A stretch of DNA of 64,000 nucleotides from Octopus sinensis (lineage: Eukaryota). This document shows positions 12,626 through 25,419 of this stretch, in pieces. The notes beneath the pieces were generated by a model. That model had not been told where the DNA came from. It made no database searches and saw only the letters and a list, made by a program, of their open reading frames with translations. Each line of letters opens with the position of its first letter. The first letter of the stretch is position 1. The DNA is taken from assembly GCF_006345805.1 (NCBI RefSeq), contig NC_043002.1, positions 89,032,001 to 89,096,000 on the forward strand, read 5' to 3'. Both the position numbers and the translations under genes were made by a program.

Positions 12626-13778
12626 TGATAAACTACTTTATGATAAAGTTTCCAATGTCATTCTCATGACTATACTCACTTCTCTTTTCAATCCACTATA
12701 AGAAAAGGCCACAGCAATAAAGCTAATTTTAAGCCTACCTGACCATGCCAGCCAAATGCAGATCGGACAGAGTGCTTCAGAGGCAAACGGTTAAATCTGG
12801 CCACTGGCATCTAGATGGAATTGGAACTCAGAAGGCAAAGAGCTGAGACAAATAGCACAAAGCACTCATCCAGCATTCTTAACAGTTGCATGAACCCACA
12901 CATTGACCCTGAAAGAATGAAAGATAAAGTTGATCTCAATCTGCTTTGAACTCAAAACACAAATGGCCAGAATAATATCGTAAAGCACTATAACCTCTCT
13001 GCCAATTCAAGGCTACCTACATACCAACATTCTTTTTCACATCAGAGTAGTGTTTATTTGGGGTTTTTTTTTTAATATCCCTGCTAGTCCTAACAGGAGC
13101 TAGATTTGCGTAGTTTAACAGTTTTCAATCTCAACTGAACTTAGCTATAAATTTATTGAAAAAAGAAAAGGCTAATGTTTACATAATCGATAAACTATAA
13201 AAACATGGAAACTAAAGATACACAAAGGTATACAAAAATTAAAGGAATTAATATTTATCATTTATAGATAGCAACATGTAAACAACTTTATATGACAGAT
13301 TAGTAATACACTCATGTATAACAATGTTTATCAACATTTTATTGTAAAGTTGATACAGCAGTTTATAAACCCTATTTCTCTCAGCTAAAACCCTACTATC
13401 CTTCAAAATGAAGGATATATTGGATATGATCCTGGATGCCTAAAACAAGAAAATAAAGACAGAGTGGTCATGCTTGAAAGCCTTAGACCATATGCCTGCT
13501 CAATCAGGGCTGACAAGGGGCTAAACAACAGCCATGAGGCAACTTACCATGAGACAGAACTAGGTTAAATAGTATACCATAAGTAATCTAAGCTAGTACA
13601 AAAAAAAAAAAAGATTGGCAGCAAACTGACAGCAATTGACTTATATAAAAATCAACTAAGCCTTTAATTATTACTAATTAGGCAAAAGGTAGAGGCTTCC
13701 AAGAAGGGAGCTTCAATAGGTTTACTCAATCAGCTAGAAATAGAAACCAAACCTCCTACAAATCACACACTTAAAGCT

Positions 13779-14226
13779 TTAACCCTTTTGTAACTGTATT
13801 TCTAATGGAATACACTAGCCTGGTTTCGAATTAATTTTGAAAATAACGAACAATTTAGAAGTACAATAACTTTGTCATTATTAAGCAAGTATTTGATACC
13901 TAAATTAACCTGAAATTTGGAAGAAAGATTTTAACTTATATCTTTTAATCCTTTAGCATTCAGATTACTCTGTAATCCTTATTTATTCACATTGTTTTAA
14001 ATTAATCATGCATTGTCTCATAACTTCAAGATATTGATGATCTGATTGGTTATTTTTAGAATGATATTGTAGGGTGGGTGTGAGAGGCAAGATATGGTCA
14101 TTTTCAACATAAAACAAATAAAATATTTGGGATGGATATGGCTAGTTTAAACACTAAAGAGGTAAAATAAGTTGTGTGCCACAGAACCAAGGGTAGGCTC
14201 AGATGGATTAGTACAAAATGGGCTAA
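13779..14226 (-). mobile_element. piggyBac-type MITE family B, interrupted by a family A copy
   Basis: TTAACCCTTTTG start and GGGCTAA end; similar to the reverse complement of 5899-6126. Confidence 0.7.
13945..14165 (+). mobile_element. piggyBac-type MITE family A (nested)
   Basis: TTAATCCTTTAGCATTCAGATTAC start; family A body. Confidence 0.85.
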
Positions 14227-14773
14227 ATGATGAAGGATACTCTTAATGTTGTCCCTAGAATACTAAAAACAAGTTGGCTATGGCTACTACACCTTTGAGC
14301 ATAGATATCCTCAATCAGGGCTAATTTGGAGCAGAACAACAAGAATAACAACCATGGAACAGAACTTCCATATTGCTCATTCTTGCAATAAATTTCCAGT
14401 GAAAGACTTGAGAATGCTCTTCATAGCCCTAAGCTAACTTCCCATGAGAAAAAAAAAATAAGCAAGTCTTTTACGAACATTATTACCAGCCCTAGACCCC
14501 AATCATTTCCTCACACATGTGTGTGCATGCACACACAATTACTGATTCATATATTTCCAGTTTGTAATGGCCTTATCAAAATAAAGACGTCAAATTATTT
14601 AGTGATTATTTTTAATGAAGTATTTTTGTTGTTTATGTTGAGTCACCATGATCAACTTTGCTAGATAAAATGCCCATCTGTGGGGGTGGATGTATCTAAT
14701 TAAACATTTGGAGTTCACTATACAGAAATACCATACTTCCATCAATTTTCTGACACTGTTGTATTATTGTATA

Positions 14774-14996
14774 CTAGGGGGTGCAAAAAAGTTCCTGGCT
14801 TTAGATAAAAAAAAAAAAAGATACAGGAGCATCAACTAATTATGATTTTATTCAACATATTCCCCTCTCAGATTCCCACACTTATTGCAGCAGTTCTTCA
14901 GTTTTTCTAAGCCTTGTAAAAGAACTTGGAAGGTTGGGCCTCCAACCAGGCCTTTCGCAATACCCCTAAAGCCAGGAAATGTGCAGCACCCCTTCA
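14774..14996 (-). mobile_element. mariner-derived MITE retaining the transposase C-terminus
   Basis: TIR AGGGGGTGC..AAAGTTCCTGGCTTTA / TAAAGCCAGGAA..GCACCCCT with TA flanks; minus strand encodes GLEKLKNCCNKCGNLRGEYVE*, like a mariner C-terminal KC...G.YVE. Confidence 0.8.
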
Positions 14997-14998
14997 TA

Positions 14999-15258
14999 TA
15001 TAGTTGCCAACCGAGATCCATATGACCCCTTAAGGGTCCATATAAGATTTTGTTGTTAAAGTTTATATGCAGTTTCATTGGTCATACTTCTACAATCAAC
15101 AAAATATTTTAACAATTTTTTTAAATACAATTCCAAATAATATTTAATTATAAAAGTATAATAGGATTTCTTTTAAAACGATGAATGGTTATGAGGGTCC
15201 AATAGAGTAAAATAGGAATCAAAGGGGTCCACAGGCAAAAATTGGTTGAAAACCACTG
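14999..15258. mobile_element. hAT-like MITE
   Basis: 3' end GGTTGAAAACCACTG (CAGTGGTT..CAACC TIR type); decayed 5' end TAGTTGCCAACC; repeated GGGTCCA sub-terminal motifs. Confidence 0.6.
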
Positions 15259-15990
15259 TAGTATGTGAACAGAAAGTTATAATCAGGACATGTGTTGTCT
15301 ATGTTAATAATGACTTGCTGCTGGTATGGCTATAAAGTTACTTTATTCCTTTTTGCTTTATTTTCTCTCCATTATAGCATGGTTTCAAAGTATGTCACAA
15401 CACTTCGCTACTCATCATGGCTCTTTATTATCTGGTAGTCCCAACAAAAGAAAATCATTGATCATTGTTATGTAACGTTTTGGGCACAGATTTTACAACT
15501 GGATGCCCATCACCAATGCTTTTGGCTCAGATTTTACAACTGGATGCCTATCACCAACTCTTTTCACTAACAAGTCCTCTTTACCTTGTATAAGGGTGTT
15601 TATTCAAAATCTCTGTTCTTCTAGACAGGTTATCTGCCTGAGAGTCTATGTTCTCCTTCCCTCTACATACACATGTAGTGTATTGCCTGTGAACTCATAA
15701 GGGATAAACTGTAGACAAGAACTTTTATTGCAGACTAGTTATTGAACTAGTCAGCAGAGAAGGCACATCTGGTTAAGCAGTTAAGAAGACCTGAGCTTTA
15801 ATGACAAATCCTTGTTTGTAGTTATTTTTTATGTATAGCTTAACAAAAGCTATACACATTTGTTTTTTCCTATCTATTTTGGTATGGTTTTTACAGCTGG
15901 ATGCCCTTCCAGCCAACAACTTTATAGCATGGATTAAAAAGAATTCCTTTCTTCCCAACATCACCTCCATTCATTTATAATTTTGATATA

Positions 15991-17243
15991 TTGGGTTGGC
16001 AAGAAGGTACTTTCATTTTTCGCAAGTAGAGTTACAATTGTTTTGAATGACTTTTGTCAATGTTATGATTTTTTCTTCTGACATTTGATAGCCATTACTT
16101 TTAGCTTACTTTAGAAGCAAATTGCATCTAATTTTGTTTACAGCTGTTAGCTCAGTGTCAATTTTAACATGGAGTGCAAAAACGAACATTTTTGCCATAT
16201 TTTCCTTTTTTATTTCCATAAAGGCAAGAAAGCTGCTGAGGCTTATAAAGAGATATGTGAAGTTTATGGTGTTGATTGCTTAACAGAATGCACACGTCAG
16301 AAATGGTTTAGAAAGTTCCCTTCAGGAAATTTTTCACTCAAAGATGACCAATGTTCTGGTCGACCTACTGAAGTTGATGATGACAAAATCAAAGCCATAA
16401 TTGAATCTGATTGTCATATAATTGTGTGAGAGATTGAAGAGAGGTTAAATGTATTAAACACAATTGAAAATCACTTAAAATGTCATGGACTAATTAAGAA
16501 ACTTGATATTTGGGTTCCACATAAATTGAAAGAGATTCACTTAACACAACAAATTAATATTTGCGATATGCATATCAAACGCAATGAAATCAACCTTCTT
16601 TTGAAACGAATCCTCACTGGTGATGAAAAATGGATTGTCTACAATAACATCATTTGAAAACAATCATAGTCGAAGCATAATGAACCAGCACAAACCACAT
16701 CAAAAGCTGAATTGCATCAAAAAAGGTCATGCTGTCAAGTTGGTGGGATTACAAAGGTGTTGTGTATTTTGAGCTGCTTCCAAGGAAACAAACGACAATT
16801 CAGATGTTTACTGTCAACAACTAATGAAACTGGAGGAAGCTATCAAAGTATAATGGCCAGAATTGGCAAATCGTAAAGGAATCGCATTCCACCATAACAA
16901 TGCTAGACCACACACATCTTTGCTAACTCATGAAAAATTATTGGAGCTTAGTTGGGAAGTGATATCATATCTACCATATAGCCCTGACCTTGCAACATCA
17001 GATTACCATTTATTTCAAAGTTTGTAAAATTCTTTGAATGGTACAACTTTTAATAATGATGATGACCTAAACTCGACTCAGTTTTTGGCAGATACAGATC
17101 AAAAGTTCTATGAGCACAGAATCATAAAGTTGCCAGAAAGATGACAAAAGATCATCAATCAAAATGGAAAATATATAACTGATTAAAGTTCGTTCTTTGT
17201 ATGAAAAAAAAATGATTTTTATTTCACTTTCTTGCCAACCCAA
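15991..17243 (+). mobile_element. full-length decayed mariner transposon (mellifera-subfamily-like)
   Basis: TA-TTGGGTTGGCAAGAA ... TTCTTGCCAACCCAA-TA; ~1.25 kb. Confidence 0.95.
16169..17186 (+). pseudogene. mariner DD34D transposase pseudogene
   Basis: HTH N-terminus (EHFCHIFLFYFHKGK, SGRP), WVPHKL (16511), TGDEKW (16616), HHNNARPH, YSPDLATSDY (16978); multiple stops and frameshifts. Confidence 0.95.
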
Positions 17244-17607
17244 TAACTCATTAAAATTATGGGTAGATTAGAGTGGGGAGAATAAAGAAAAGAAAATACC
17301 AAAAATGGAGGAAATTCAACAATAAAGAATAGATATTAAAACTTGTATCCTAAGGAAAACATTGACCGAACCAAATGATATGAGAGACTTATGGTCACAA
17401 ACAGTGGAAGTAAAAAGCTTGGAATAACTAAAATTGTTTTCTTGTTTATTAAACAGTAAGAAATAATTCCTTCGACAACAAGCAATTTTTAGAATCAAAT
17501 ACAACTCTTTTATATTTTTAAACTCGAACAGTCATTGAACTGTAGCCATGCTGAAATTAATTAAAATTAAATAACAGATGAATGAGAGCACACAGTAGGA
17601 AATTTAT

Positions 17608-17835
17608 TTAACTCTTTAGAATCTAAACCGGCCATATCAGGTTCAAATATTCTACCAGTTTTATGTTCAAAATGACCACGTCTAGCATCTCACACCTACC
17701 ATACAATATCATCCTAAAAAATAAATTATCACATCTTTGAAATCTCAAAGCTATGAGATAATGCATAATTAATTCAAAATAATGAATGAGTAAAGATTTT
17801 AATGTGACAGAATAATCTGAACGCTAAAGAGTTAA
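17608..17835 (-). mobile_element. piggyBac-type MITE family A
   Basis: TTAA ends; reverse complement of family A. Confidence 0.85.
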
Positions 17836-18907
17836 GCTGTTTGGTTCACAACATTTTGCATGTTAGCATCAACATGGCCAATTATTTTCCAAGTAGAAAA
17901 TAAGAGTCTAGGTAATTTCACCCAGTTGTTTTTCAGAATCTATAAACGAGGACAGCATGTCTGCCTTACTCATCCAAGAGATGTTAACTGCAAGGTTGTC
18001 GTCTCTCCCAGCATAAAATAGAGAAACTAAATATCACTCACAGAAATAGTTATAGCAGCTAATGTTCTAATTACATGATATTTAGTACCAAAGTGTATTT
18101 CAATGACAGTATTTAGTTCAACTCTAAAAAACAAAATTAACAAATTTACAAATCGCACAAAATATTTATCAAAACAAAAATGTCCCAAAACAGCTAATTA
18201 AATATTATTTTTTAAAAATTAAAAATAAAGCAACTGAAACAAGCTGATGCCCATTCTTATTTCCTCTAGAGATTCATCGGTATTTCATAATCTAACAGGA
18301 ACAAGTGTTTATTACCAACAAAATCCAATCCCATAACTGCAAAGATATGTATGTTTACCTTCAATTCTATCCACTAGGTAAGTTACGCTTTTAAATCTAA
18401 GCAATTAAAACAGTAATTAGTAATACTAGACTGGTAAATTAATGCATAATTTCATTACATAAATGCCATATCTAAGAGTTGTGATGGGAGGGTGAGGGGA
18501 GTTGAAACTGTAAGTAAAAGCAAAAATACATAAGTATTTTAATTAGTCTTCTAAAGTATTAAAGTAGAGGTATTCAAACTTTTTCTTCCAGTTTACCCAT
18601 TCATCATGTCTGACAGTGTTAGTGTAACCCCTTGTGAAGAATATAGAGTAAAATGATTAGAAACCATAAAACAGACAGACATGTATACTGTTTTATTTAG
18701 GGACATCATAAAACAAACAATGAATCATTTGTTTATTATATTTAGAAGTCAAGACTTCCAAACAGCATATTTTACTTTTTTTTTCTTTTCTTTTAATAAA
18801 TACTATCTACTAAATCTGAGGATGCACCACTGAAAAGTGGTTGCAATTACTTGAAAATTAAAATCTGTATTCCACTTGCATACTTCAGGGGATATACGTA
18901 TGCTGGT

Positions 18908-19133
18908 TTGACTTTTTAGCATTCAGATTATCCTGTCAAATGTAATGCTTATTTATTCACATTGTTTTAAATTAATCATGCATTATCTCTTAGCCTCAAG
19001 ATTTCAATATGATTGTTAATTTTTCAAAATAACATTGTTGGGTGGGTGTGAGAGGCTGGATCTGGCAAGATTGAACATAAAACAGCTAGAATATTTGGGC
19101 CTGACATGGCTGATTTAAATGCTAAAGAGCTAA
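18908..19133 (+). mobile_element. piggyBac-type MITE family A
   Basis: Family A body; decayed TTAA ends. Confidence 0.85.
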
Positions 19134-19486
19134 AGTAATGTTTGCCAAACTTTAGACCAATCATGAGTAATCTGCAACCTGTGAGACTGTCTGAATGGCT
19201 TGCCAAAACAAAATATTACTTAAATTTTTTTAAGACAAACCATATTTCATGTGGCCCACTTATCAAAAAAATTTGCCCATGCCTGTTCTAGATCAAAACT
19301 CTTCCTCATCCCATTCTAGATCAAAATTCTTCCTGCCACACTTTAGGTCATAACTTTCCCAACCACATTCTCCCACCCAAAGGAGGCACAAGAATCAATG
19401 AGACACAACATTTTAAAATAAATATTTATATATTAATTCTTGTACTACTTTCAGTCAATGGACTGAGACTATGCAAAATCACTACC

Positions 19487-20107
19487 TTAACCATTTAGAA
19501 TTCAGATATCTTTGTCAAATATATTGATTCCTGTAGTTTTGAATTAATCACACATTATCTTGGAGCTTCAAGATTTCAACGATATCTACTCTTCTTTTTT
19601 TTTACTTGTTTCAGTCATGTGATTGTGGCCATGCAGGAGCACCGCCTTTTAGTCGAGCAAATCAACCCCAGGAATTATCTTTGTAAGCCTAGTACTTATT
19701 CTATTGGTCGCTTTTGCCGAACCGCTAAGTGACGGGGACGTAAACACACCAACATTGGTTGTCAAGCGGTGTTGGGGGGACAAACACAGACACACAAACA
19801 CACATATATATACATATATACGACGGGCTTCTTTCAGTTTCCGTCTACCAAATCCACTCACAAGGCTTTGATCGGCCTGAGGCTATAGTAGAAGACACTT
19901 GCCCAAGGTGCCACGCAGTGGGACTGAACCCGGAACCATGTGGTTCGTAAGCAAACTACTTAACACACAGCCACTCCTACACCTATATTTTCATATATTT
20001 TTATGACATGGTAGGATAGGTGTGAGAGACAGGATCTGGTCAGCTTTAACACAAAACAGGTAGAATATCTGGGCAAGATATGGCCAGATTAAATGCTAAA
20101 GGGTTAA
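19487..20107 (+). mobile_element. piggyBac-type MITE family A split by a SINE
   Basis: 5' half 19487-19585; 3' half 19990-20107 ending AATGCTAAAGGGTTAA. Confidence 0.8.
19588..19983 (-). mobile_element. tRNA-derived SINE family 1
   Basis: Reverse complement of 54-465. Confidence 0.9.
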
Positions 20108-20484
20108 AGTGTTTTTTAATCTTATATCAATCACAATATTCATTTGTATGGTATTTATTTTATCAAGCTTGGAGGATGAAAAGCAAAATCAACCAAACCT
20201 AAAAATGGGGAAATCAAGATGGATTGAAATACTATATTTTAATTTGAAATGTTGATTTTTTTTTTTTTTACCATCTCATACCAATACATGCATGAATGAC
20301 AGGCTTCCACACAGTTTTCTACCACTAAATTTTATTCACATGGTTTTGATCGCCTTTAATCCAGGACAGTGGACACACTAGCCCAAAGTGCTCTAGTTGC
20401 AAAGTAAACTACTTAACTGTATAGTCTGGCCACTACAAACACATTTTACATTTAGAAAACAAATCTATATTTACACAAATATAT

Positions 20485-20795
20485 AAAGGACCCCCTTCAG
20501 TCATGAACGACCATGAGATTGCACCTACAAAGTTACCCTCCAAGGAACAAGTCCAGGCAAATTTGTTTAGGGAAGACCAGTTGTTGCCCATGCATACAAG
20601 CCACTGACGTTATCCAAGACAAAAGCAAAGACCACTACAGTTTGGCACATGTAACATTGCAACTCATCTCTACAGCTGAGTGAACTGGAGCAATGTGAAA
20701 TAAATTTCTTGTTCAAGAACACAACACACAACCTGGTTCAGGAATTGAACTCACTACCCTGTGATTGGCAGCCTGATGCTCTAACCTCTGAGCCG
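20485..20795 (-). mobile_element. tRNA-derived SINE family 4
   Basis: Minus strand: GGCTCAGAGGTTAGAGC A box, GAGTTCAATTCC B box, TTGCTCCAGTTCACTCAGCTGTAGA central motif. Confidence 0.75.
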
Positions 20796-22639
20796 TATCT
20801 TAAACTTATAAACAGCACCAGAGTTTACTGTACTTCAAATTTTACCTTGAATGTCCTAGTTTTAAAATATACAAATCATATTCTTGTGTATTTATAAGAG
20901 GCAAATAAAGGGAGCTGGTGATAGGAAGGGCACCCAGCTGTAAAACACTGCCTCAAAAAACCCATCTAACCTACACCAGTATGAAAAAAGATATAAAACA
21001 ATGATGACGATGATGACTGTACTTCATCTTCAATAAGGTAGAGTATATATACATTTCTATATTCTTGTAACAAGAGATGGATGCTGATATGTTCTTTAAG
21101 AGGTCAAAGCATCAGTGGATGGCACACTAAAGTATTAATTGGTTGCTAAAGCATCTGATTAGTACTTTAGAAGTCATGTACTAAATACTCGTCTGGCTTG
21201 AAAATGATTTAATTTGAGTAATCTAATTACAAGGCCTCCCGCACTGATTGGCCATATAATTAAAACAAACACAATGCTGAGATATGCAAAAAATTCAAAT
21301 ACAAAGACACCTTGTTCTCTAAAATTCTTGATACCAACAACAACATCATCATGCAATTTTCAAATTATTCTGCATTGCTTTTAAAAATTTTCAATTTATT
21401 GTGAGATAGGGGGGAGTGTGCATATGTGTGTGTGTTCTCTCTAGTCAGATAAAGCAATACCATGGACTTCTCCATGGCGTTGCTTTATCTTGTGGACTCA
21501 TATATAAACATGAATTGTTTATCCTCATCATCATTTTATGTTCACTTTCCATGCTAGCATGGACTAGACAGGTTTGTCATTGTCCACATGACTTCTTATG
21601 AGGGTTATTGCCTTCCTTGATGAGACACATCTTGCCCAGGTCCCCTTTTTCGGGTTTGTTTTCTATGGCTAGATGTTCTTCCAATCACCAACCATTTTAC
21701 AGGGTGTAATGAATGCATTTTATTTGCACCAGTATTAGAGAGGTTGCCATATCCTTGACAAGAAGAAAGGGTTTTCTTGACCCTATGCCATTTCTGCTCA
21801 TGTGCCAACCACTTTACAGGCAGTTTCAGAACAGTGAAGTATTTAGTACAAGCTCCACCAAGTGAAATATACTATGTCATGCCTGTTGTATCCCGCTTTT
21901 TAAGGGCCAGCACTTGATGCAAGTTTTATGGTGATATGTAGATGAGAGATATATTTACTTCTGGATAGGACTCTAGTCTATCAAAATAATGATTTCTAAC
22001 AAAGGAGCAAAGCATCAAAGTTAGGAGGGAATATGTATTCAAATTTAGGAGGGCATATGTAGTCAATTACTCTATTACATGACCAGTATTTATTTTATCA
22101 GTTCCCAGATGGATGACAGACAAAGGTAACTTTTCAGGATTTAAACCTTGAATATAAGTAATAACTAAATACTGTCTGATGCTCCAACAAAGAAGTTAAT
22201 TAGCAGAGTTATTAGTATGTAGGACAAGATGCCTTGTGGCACTTGTTCTGGCTCCCTGCACACCGAGTACACATCCTGCCACAATCACATTTGTCTTTCG
22301 TCCTATGAAAATCAATATATAAAGTACCATTCCTGTCTGTAGACAGATTGGAACAGAATTGTCAGAGTGTGGGACAAGATACTTTCCAGTATTTGTAGCA
22401 GTTCTTTATATTCTGAGTTCTTAGGTGGGAGATTTAGTTCATTACCTAGTTTAACACCACCACATAGTCCTTGGAGTTCACTCTGTTGCATTCAGGTTAA
22501 GTCTTTGGTTTGAGTATAACACCTTATTCCCACTAGTCTCAAAGGCCTTGGAAAATAAAGGACCATGGGTGCTGGCATTCCCTTCCTGACTAAAAAAGTA
22601 TAAAAATCTTGTCAATCTATCACCTTCACTCATCATATC

Positions 22640-22865
22640 ATCATCATTTAACACCCATTTTCCATGCAGGCATGGGTTGGATGATTTAACTGGATCTAGG
22701 CAAAGTGCAGGACTGTATTGAGCTCCAATGTCAGTTTCAGAATAATTTCTATGGCTGGATGCTCTTCCTAAAAAAAAACACTTTACAGAATATATTGGGT
22801 ATTTTGTTTTGTTTGTTTTTGTGCCATCAACACTTGCGAGGTCAGCAAATAACTTGCAAGACAAG
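22640..22865 (-). mobile_element. degenerate RTE-tailed retroposon
   Basis: CATCATTTAAC...TTTTCCATGC.GGCATGGGTTGGA and GCTGGATGC motifs. Confidence 0.65.
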
Positions 22866-23170
22866 AAAAGAACAGGAAGGAGTAAAAAGCCCCGGTTATG
22901 AAAATTTTGTCAGAGAATCCAACATCTATTCCCAACAGCTAAACAAATTGACAGAATGTAAAACAATGTTCTACACCAGAAACATAATACTTGCAGTCGA
23001 TTTGTTCCTAACCTATTACACCAGAACAATGCCTTATCCTTTCACTTATCCCACCTTTCCTAAATATAAGTCATACAAGGAATAAAAGTGGGTGTGGTGA
23101 ATATTATATTTACATTAGAATAGAGAAGGTCCTGAAAAAGACAAACACATTACAGTGCAAGACAGTAATT

Positions 23171-23474
23171 TGTTTTTGTTCTTTCTCGGGCCATGCCTGG
23201 CTCATAAGGGCCGGTTTCCCGGTTTCTTGGCGTATAGGTTCCCCACCTGGACGGGACGCAGGTCAATCACAGGTGAGCTGCAAGATACAGGAGGAAAGAG
23301 CGAGAGAAAGTTGTGACGAAAGAGTCAGCAGAAGTTTCGCCATTACCTTCTGCCAGAACCGTGTGGAGCTTAGGGGTTTCGCTCATAAACACACACATCG
23401 CCCGATCTGAGATTCGAACCCGTGATCCCTCGACCGCAAGTCCACTGCTCTAACCACTAGGCCATGTGCCTCCA
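23171..23474 (-). mobile_element. tRNA-derived SINE family 2
   Basis: Head TGGAGGCACATGGCCTAGTGGTTAGAGC...GGTTCGAATC; TSD GACAGTAATT at 23161 and 23475. Confidence 0.9.
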
Positions 23475-24784
23475 GACAGTAATTACTGGAGATGATCAGT
23501 TTCTATAGGGGGACTAACTTTTAATTAGATCTGGTGTATTGAACAGTATGCTCCTAGATGTATTGCATGGAAGAACATACTTGATCCTTATATGACTACT
23601 CCAGTATTCACTAACATGGTTACATCTTCTACAATATCAAATACATTAGAACCAAAGTGTGCTGCATTGTTAACTACCACCAATAACTCCAAGAATTGAG
23701 AGGGATTGAGTTTACCCAACATGTTTCCACGGAAGCTACTACCACAGCTTTCAATCTTACAGAAAGAGACAGGATGGGAAAAAGAGACGAAATTCCATGA
23801 ATACCAGGCTACATCCTACGTGGTCAACCATTACATGATAAAGTATTCATCACTTCTATATCAAACTTGAAGAATTGCTTGTAAGCACTTGATTGGCTCC
23901 TGCCATGCAAATAGGTTTCTCTTTCAGTCAGAGATAACTCTAGAGTTACACAAACTAAAATACTAAAATTATTCCTGAACACAAAGTACTTTAAAACAAA
24001 ATATATATATATAAACTCTTTTAAAAACCTAGTATCATTTAGTTCACAAGAGAAAATCTTAAGTATATTTAGCTCAGCAAAACCAACATTTCTGGACTGA
24101 GAAGAGTGGAAATGTCTTCAATAGAACATTATATTTACTAATCTAGCCTAATAATGAATTCTGATTCACATGGGTGGAACAAACTATTTACATTCTGAGT
24201 GGTTTACATTATTTTGTTCAATAATAACTTGATAAGTCATCTAGTACATGTTTATGTATTCTTATATAATACTACCAAAATATATTGTAATATATATCAT
24301 TCAATACTGTTATGAAATAGTACCAATCAGGAACAATTCCTTTCAGTAATTTATACTTTTATCTCTTTCTCTTTTCAAATATTTTAAATGTTTTGTTAGC
24401 AATTGATGCCAACTAACCAGCTACAACATACGGAACAAAAATATGTCCAAAAACAAAGAAACAGATAAAAGATAATTTATTATTAAAAGATTTACACAAA
24501 TTATTAAAATACATACAAGATTCCATGACATTTTTTTTCTATAGCAATGTCAGTTAGTCTTTTACTTATTTTCTCATGAACTGTCATGTATGTTAATTAA
24601 CTAATTATTAAAATTCTGAAAGAAATTCTGAAAAGATTTTGAAACAAAACAGGAGCAATAAAATAAACAATGTATCCAACTCAACTAAAATCATGGTCTA
24701 CATTTGACATGGAGACTTATGTTGGATCAAATATAAATAAATATAGAGTCTTTTTTTTTCTTTTCGGTCTTGCAACGTACATGA

Positions 24785-24990
24785 CAACCTCACTAGTGCT
24801 GGTGGCACAAAAAAGGAAGAAAGCACCCAGTACACATTATAAAGTAATTAGCATTAGGAAGGGGCATCTAGCCATAGAAAACATGCCAAAGTTGACACTG
24901 GAGTTCGGCATAGCCCTGCAGCTTGCCAGATCCTGTTAAACTATCCAACCCATGCCAGCATGGAATATGGACATATGATGATGATGATGA
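24785..24990 (+). mobile_element. degenerate RTE-tailed retroposon
   Basis: GGTGGCAC...AAAGCACCCA, TTAGGAAGGGGCATC, CCAACCCATGCCAGCATGGAA, (GAT)n tail. Confidence 0.7.
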
Positions 24991-25419
24991 AGCAGCAAAA
25001 TGACAGAGTCATTGGAATATCAGACAGAATACCTTGCAGCATTTGTTTCAGCTTTTTGTACTCTGTGTTCAAATTCTGCTGAGGTTAACATTTTCTATCA
25101 TTCATTTGGGCTCAATAAAATGCCAATTCAGGATGGTAGATCGATAGAATTGCTTAAGTATCCGACAGACTGTGTTCTAAATTCAAATTCAGCTTTGTCA
25201 CAAAGCAGGCTAATTGGGAACAGTTGGTAGTAAAAGGCTGCAATATCAGACACAGTGATATGGTTATTGCACAACATCTTCATTGCATCAATGAAAACAA
25301 GTGGATTCAGCATAAAGAACAGAAATGAATTCTATGCAGTTTTCCTTACAAGTGGAAAAAGCATGTCAAAGTGTTAAGCATATTTAACCAAGTTGAAAAT
25401 ATCTACAGAGATTATATAT

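Noticed and set aside
13541-13612. Minus-strand acceptor/donor pair around a 45-nt segment
   Set aside because: Stops occur in all frames, a competing AG lies 5 nt downstream, and the pyrimidine tract is just a poly-A run.
18817-18845. CTGAGGA...GAAA hammerhead-like spacing
   Set aside because: No stem II, stem I or stem III pairing.
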